A stretch of DNA of 64,000 bases from Tabrizicola sp. (lineage in GTDB: Bacteria; Pseudomonadota; Alphaproteobacteria; Rhodobacterales; Rhodobacteraceae), in contig NZ_JAXMMF010000030.1 in assembly GCF_034366665.1 (NCBI RefSeq), forward strand, positions 6,016 to 70,015, given 5' to 3'. A program made the position numbers and the translations under genes. The notes beneath the pieces are model-generated. The model was not told the DNA's origin. It did no database searches and saw only the letters and a program-made list of their open reading frames with translations. Positions 60,175-64,000 of this stretch are shown here, piece after piece. Each line of letters begins with the position of its first letter. Within the stretch, counting starts at the first letter, position 1.

Positions 60175-60589
60175 GCTGCAGATGTTGCGGCAGCGGCCCG
60201 CAGTGTCAATAGGACGCCTGCGGGACATCGCGTCGGCAAAGTCGTGACCCGCTGCCAAGGCAGACGGCGTGCCGTGCCGCAAGTCATGGCACCGGGTCGC
60301 GGATCGGCGCCTGAACCGTGGATTTGACCGACAAAACACTTGCCGGGCCGATGAAAACAAGCAAGGTTCCGCCCGTGATGCAGAGCGACGGGAACACGTC
60401 TCGGACCGGCTGCGCGAAAGCGACGTTTCGCGCGACATGATCCACCGGGCCGGGCTGCTCCGCACCTGAACAGGCAGCAAAGTTCCGGCCTCGCCGGAAC
60501 CAACAGTGAAACGACAGATCAATCCTGGCCGGGGCGGCAGGGTTGGATGACATGGCCGCAAGGCATGCAGGTTGGTATAGTATGGACCT

Positions 60590-62227
60590 TTGCTGATGAT
60601 GCCGGCCGCTGCTTCCATACCTGCCACTGTCGGACAGGGGCTGGCCGCCAAGGCTGCGGCCCGGCATTGGGATGTCATCGTCATCGGCACCGGCGTCGGG
60701 GGTGGCCTTGTCGGTCGCCGCCTGGCCGAGCGTGGGCTTTCGGTGCTCTTCGTCGAAAAGGGCCCCGTCGGCCACCGGACCGAAGGCCAGGACCTGCGGA
60801 CCGATCTGTCGGACTACACGGCGCGCCAGGCACGCGGCTTCTGGCCCACCCCGATCGAGACCCACATCGATGCAGAGCGGCCGCACCGCTTCTTCGCGCC
60901 GCTGGGCAGCGGGGTCGGGGGCTCGTCGGTCTTTTACGCCGCCGCGGCAGAGCGCCCCGAACGCCATGACGTCGAGGCGACCAATGCCATGCCGCATCCG
61001 ACGGGCGGCTGGCCGGTGGGGTTCGACACCTTCCGCCCCTATTTCACCCAGGCCGAAGAGGCCTTGTCGATCCGTGGCGAAAAGGACCCCCTGTCCGACC
61101 TGCCCGGCCCGCAATTGCCCGCCCCGCCCCTGACCGAGGCCGAGGCGCAGATGTTCGACGACCTGCGCGCTGCCGGCCTGCACCCCTACCGCGCGCATGA
61201 GGCGCTGCGTCGTCTGCCCGGCTGCTCCGACTGTCTGGGCCGCAAATGCCCGCGCGCCTGCAAGATGGATGGCCGCTCGGCCGGGGTCGAACCTGCGCTG
61301 GAAACTGGCAACGCGACGCTTCTGCCGAACTGCGCGGTCGAGGAACTGATCGAAGCGCAGGGCCGCATCGGCGCCGTGCGGGTCCGGGCCGACGGGCGCG
61401 ACTACCTTTTGCAGGCCGATGTCTTCGTCCTTGCGGCGGGCGCGCTGAATTCGCCGAACCTCCTTTTGCGCTCGACCGGCAGCCATGCGTCGGGCTGCGC
61501 GAATTCCAGCGGCTGGGTCGGTCGCGGGCTGATGTTCCACGTCTCCGAGATGGTGGCCTTCTGGCCACGTCGTGGCAGTCCGGCGGTCGGGGCCACCAGG
61601 ACCTTGTCGTTCCGCGATCTTTACGCGCACGAGGGCCAGCGTCTGGGCCTGGTGCAGTCGATGGGGGTAGCGGCCGATGCCGGGCAGATTGCAGGGCATC
61701 TCAAGGGTATCCTGTCGCGCAGCAGGCTTCGCGGGCTTCCGGGGGCGTCGCGCCTGGCGACCATCGCCGCCAGGATCGGCGCCGATGTCTTCGGGTCCGC
61801 GACCGTGCTTGTCGGGCTGCTGGAGGACCTGCCCTATGCCGAGAACCGCGTCGAGCCGCACCCGGAAGATCCCGAGGTTCCCCTGGTGCGTTACCGTATC
61901 GCCGACGAGTTGAAGGCCCGCCGCGCCCTCTTTCGGCAGGCCTTGCGCCAGAAACTGAGCCAGCACCGCCTGATGTTCCTGAACTTCGGCCTGACGCTGA
62001 ACTTCGGTCACCCGAGCGGCACCTTGCGCTTCGGGTCTGATCCGGCGACCTCGGTTCTGGACGCTGATTGCAAGGCTCATGACCTTGACAACCTCTACGT
62101 TGCCGACGCCTCGTTCATGCCCACCTCGAGGGGGGTGAACCCAAGTCTGACCATCGCCGCCAATGCGCTGCGGGTCGGCGATATCGTCGCGGCGCGTCTT
62201 TCTGCCACCCGTCGCAAAGCCAGTTGA
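60590..62227 (+). CDS. GMC family flavin oxidoreductase
   Basis: 'DVIVIGTGVGGG', 'GVGGSS', 'VLAAGAL', 'HPSGT.RFG', 'NLYVADASFMP', 'NPSLTI'. Confidence 0.9.
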   Translation: MLMMPAAASIPATVGQGLAAKAAARHWDVIVIGTGVGGGLVGRRLAERGLSVLFVEKGPVGHRTEGQDLRTDLSDYTARQARGFWPTPIETHIDAERPHRFFAPLGSGVGGSSVFYAAAAERPERHDVEATNAMPHPTGGWPVGFDTFRPYFTQAEEALSIRGEKDPLSDLPGPQLPAPPLTEAEAQMFDDLRAAGLHPYRAHEALRRLPGCSDCLGRKCPRACKMDGRSAGVEPALETGNATLLPNCAVEELIEAQGRIGAVRVRADGRDYLLQADVFVLAAGALNSPNLLLRSTGSHASGCANSSGWVGRGLMFHVSEMVAFWPRRGSPAVGATRTLSFRDLYAHEGQRLGLVQSMGVAADAGQIAGHLKGILSRSRLRGLPGASRLATIAARIGADVFGSATVLVGLLEDLPYAENRVEPHPEDPEVPLVRYRIADELKARRALFRQALRQKLSQHRLMFLNFGLTLNFGHPSGTLRFGSDPATSVLDADCKAHDLDNLYVADASFMPTSRGVNPSLTIAANALRVGDIVAARLSATRRKAS

Positions 62228-62976
62228 TGCGGAACGGACAGTCAATGCAGGAACTTGTCGAAATCGCCGTGATCACCGAGGCAAGCTGGGGCATCGGCAA
62301 GGAACTGGCGCTGGCTCTGGTCCGACGCGGCATCGCGGTGGCCGGCATCGCGCGCGCACCGTTCCAGATCGAGGGTGTCCTGCCCATCATCGCCGACGTC
62401 CGCCAGCCCGAAGAGGTTGCCCGCGCTTTCGGCGAGATCCGCGAAAGGCTTGGTGCGCCCACGATCCTGGTCAACAACGCGGAAACCTATCCCGACCGCG
62501 ACATCCTGGACGAAACCCCGGCCACGTTCATGGACACCGTGCACCTGAACCTTGGGGGCGCCTTCAACTGCTGCCACGAGGTTCTGCCTGCGATGGTGGC
62601 AAACGGAACCGGCCGGATCATCAACGTCGTCACCTTTGCCGACGTCAGCCCCGCCCCGCTGGCTGCGGGCTATTCCGTCTCGAAAGGCGCGCTCCGCATC
62701 CTGACGCGGGCGCTGGTCGCCGATCTGGGCGACCGTTTCCCCGGCATCGTCGTCACCGACTGGGTTCCGGGCACCCACCAGCCCCGCAAGGGCATCCCCG
62801 ATGGCGTCGATCCTGCCCTTGCCGCCGAATGGGGCGCCACTCTTGCCCTCATGCGGCAGCCCGAGATCAACGGGCGCGTGTTTCTGCGGGACCGTGAGCA
62901 TCAGCCGCCGCGGTCGCTGAAGGGCAGGGTCAAGGACCGGGTGCTGGGCCGCGGGCGCGTGCGCATCCGGCTTTGA
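62224..62976 (+). CDS. SDR family oxidoreductase with atypical cofactor motifs
   Basis: 'ITEASWGIG', 'NNAE', catalytic YSVSK. Confidence 0.75.
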   Translation: MMRNGQSMQELVEIAVITEASWGIGKELALALVRRGIAVAGIARAPFQIEGVLPIIADVRQPEEVARAFGEIRERLGAPTILVNNAETYPDRDILDETPATFMDTVHLNLGGAFNCCHEVLPAMVANGTGRIINVVTFADVSPAPLAAGYSVSKGALRILTRALVADLGDRFPGIVVTDWVPGTHQPRKGIPDGVDPALAAEWGATLALMRQPEINGRVFLRDREHQPPRSLKGRVKDRVLGRGRVRIRL

Positions 62977-63102
62977 TCCGCGCCGGGGTTTTGCACAAAT
63001 CTTGGGCACATGGTTACGGCGCTTGCGGATTTCGCATCGCAGGCCTTTCCGACGCGGCGGGGCTCTGCTCTAGTCAGGCCAAAGGCAGTGCGGGGGCCAC
63101 GC

Positions 63103-64000
63103 GTGACGCAGTTCAACGAGATGTATCAGGGCGTCGACGTCCGCCCGCCCTATGCCCGCCTTCGCGACTGGGTCGGGCAGATGCCCCAGGAACTCCGCAG
63201 TCTCAAGCAGGCCGAGGCCGAGGCACTGTTTCGTCGCATCGGCATCACCTTCGCGGTCTACGGCGAGGGGGGTGATCCCGACCGGCTGATCCCCTTCGAC
63301 ATGTTCCCGCGGGTGTTCTCGGGGTCGGAATGGGCGAAACTGGAACGCGGCATCAAGCAGCGCGCGCGCGCCCTGAACGCATTTCTTGTCGATGTCTACG
63401 GGCGGGGCGAGATCATCCGCGCCGGTCGCATCCCGGCGCGGCTGGTCTACCAGAACGAGGCCTACGAAAAGGCCGTGGCCGGGTTCGTGCCGCCGAAGGG
63501 GGTCTATTCCCACATTGTCGGTGTCGACATCGTCCGCACCGGGCCGGAAGACTTCTACGTGCTGGAAGACAACTGCCGCACCCCCTCGGGCGTCAGCTAC
63601 ATGCTGGAATCCCGCGAGATCATGATGCGGATGTTCCCCGACCTGTTCCGCGAGAACCGGATCGAACCCGTCGACACCTATTCCGACAAGTTGCGACGGA
63701 CGCTGTCCAGCGTGGCCCCCGCCAAGTGCAAGGGTGAGCCGACGGTGGTGATCCTGACCCCCGGCCACTTCAACAGCGCCTACTACGAACACTCCCTGCT
63801 GGCCGACCTGATGGGCGTGGAACTGGTGGAAGGCCAGGACCTCTTCGTCGACGGCGAATACGTCTACATGCGCACGACCGAAGGGCCGCAGCGGGTGGAC
63901 GTGATCTACCGCCGCATCGACGACGCCTACCTTGACCCCCTGTGCTTCCGCCCGGACAGCATGCTGGGCATCCCCGGCCTGATGGACGTCTACCGATCGG
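63103..64000 (+). CDS. circularly permuted type 2 ATP-grasp protein (partial, runs off window end)
   Basis: Manual translation: 'GITFAVY...DRLIPFD..PR', 'VLEDNCRTPSGVSY', 'LTPG.FNSAYYEH', 'VDVIYRRIDD'. Confidence 0.9.
   Translation, partial: MTQFNEMYQGVDVRPPYARLRDWVGQMPQELRSLKQAEAEALFRRIGITFAVYGEGGDPDRLIPFDMFPRVFSGSEWAKLERGIKQRARALNAFLVDVYGRGEIIRAGRIPARLVYQNEAYEKAVAGFVPPKGVYSHIVGVDIVRTGPEDFYVLEDNCRTPSGVSYMLESREIMMRMFPDLFRENRIEPVDTYSDKLRRTLSSVAPAKCKGEPTVVILTPGHFNSAYYEHSLLADLMGVELVEGQDLFVDGEYVYMRTTEGPQRVDVIYRRIDDAYLDPLCFRPDSMLGIPGLMDVYRS

Noticed and set aside
60412-60433. GCGCGAAA-N6-TTTCGCGC dyad upstream of the GMC gene
   Set aside because: Single occurrence with no candidate regulator, so no function can be supported.

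Overview
A GC-rich alphaproteobacterial chromosome segment, most like Rhodobacteraceae/Paracoccaceae judging from gene content. In order it holds: (1) a sugar ABC importer with two LacI-type operators; (2) a LysR-controlled doxX-DODA dioxygenase-glutathionyl-hydroquinone reductase-esterase detox operon; (3) a creatinine/creatine utilisation locus (creatinase, creatininase, LysR, PotABCD-like ABC importer, GlxA-type regulator); (4) core genes cysK-mscS-alaX and tRNA-Ser(GGA); (5) an accessory-looking block after the tRNA, with an MmeI-like type IIL/IIG restriction-modification gene carrying an AT-rich specificity segment, a STAS/RsbW partner-switch pair, a PilZ-less cellulose-synthase-like GT2 with QRFKY in place of QxxRW, and a cheB-less chemotaxis operon; (6) a PHB depolymerase-type esterase, an SDR and an AKR; (7) an inositol catabolic cluster with a LacI repressor; (8) dctB/dctD (GAFPGA variant) upstream of a tripartite tricarboxylate transporter; (9) an RTX-Hint protein; (10) chrBA with a structured leader RNA; (11) a GMC oxidoreductase and an SDR; (12) the start of a circularly permuted ATP-grasp gene. 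No integrase, transposase, rRNA or CRISPR array was seen. All calls come from reading motifs by eye. No database searches were run.
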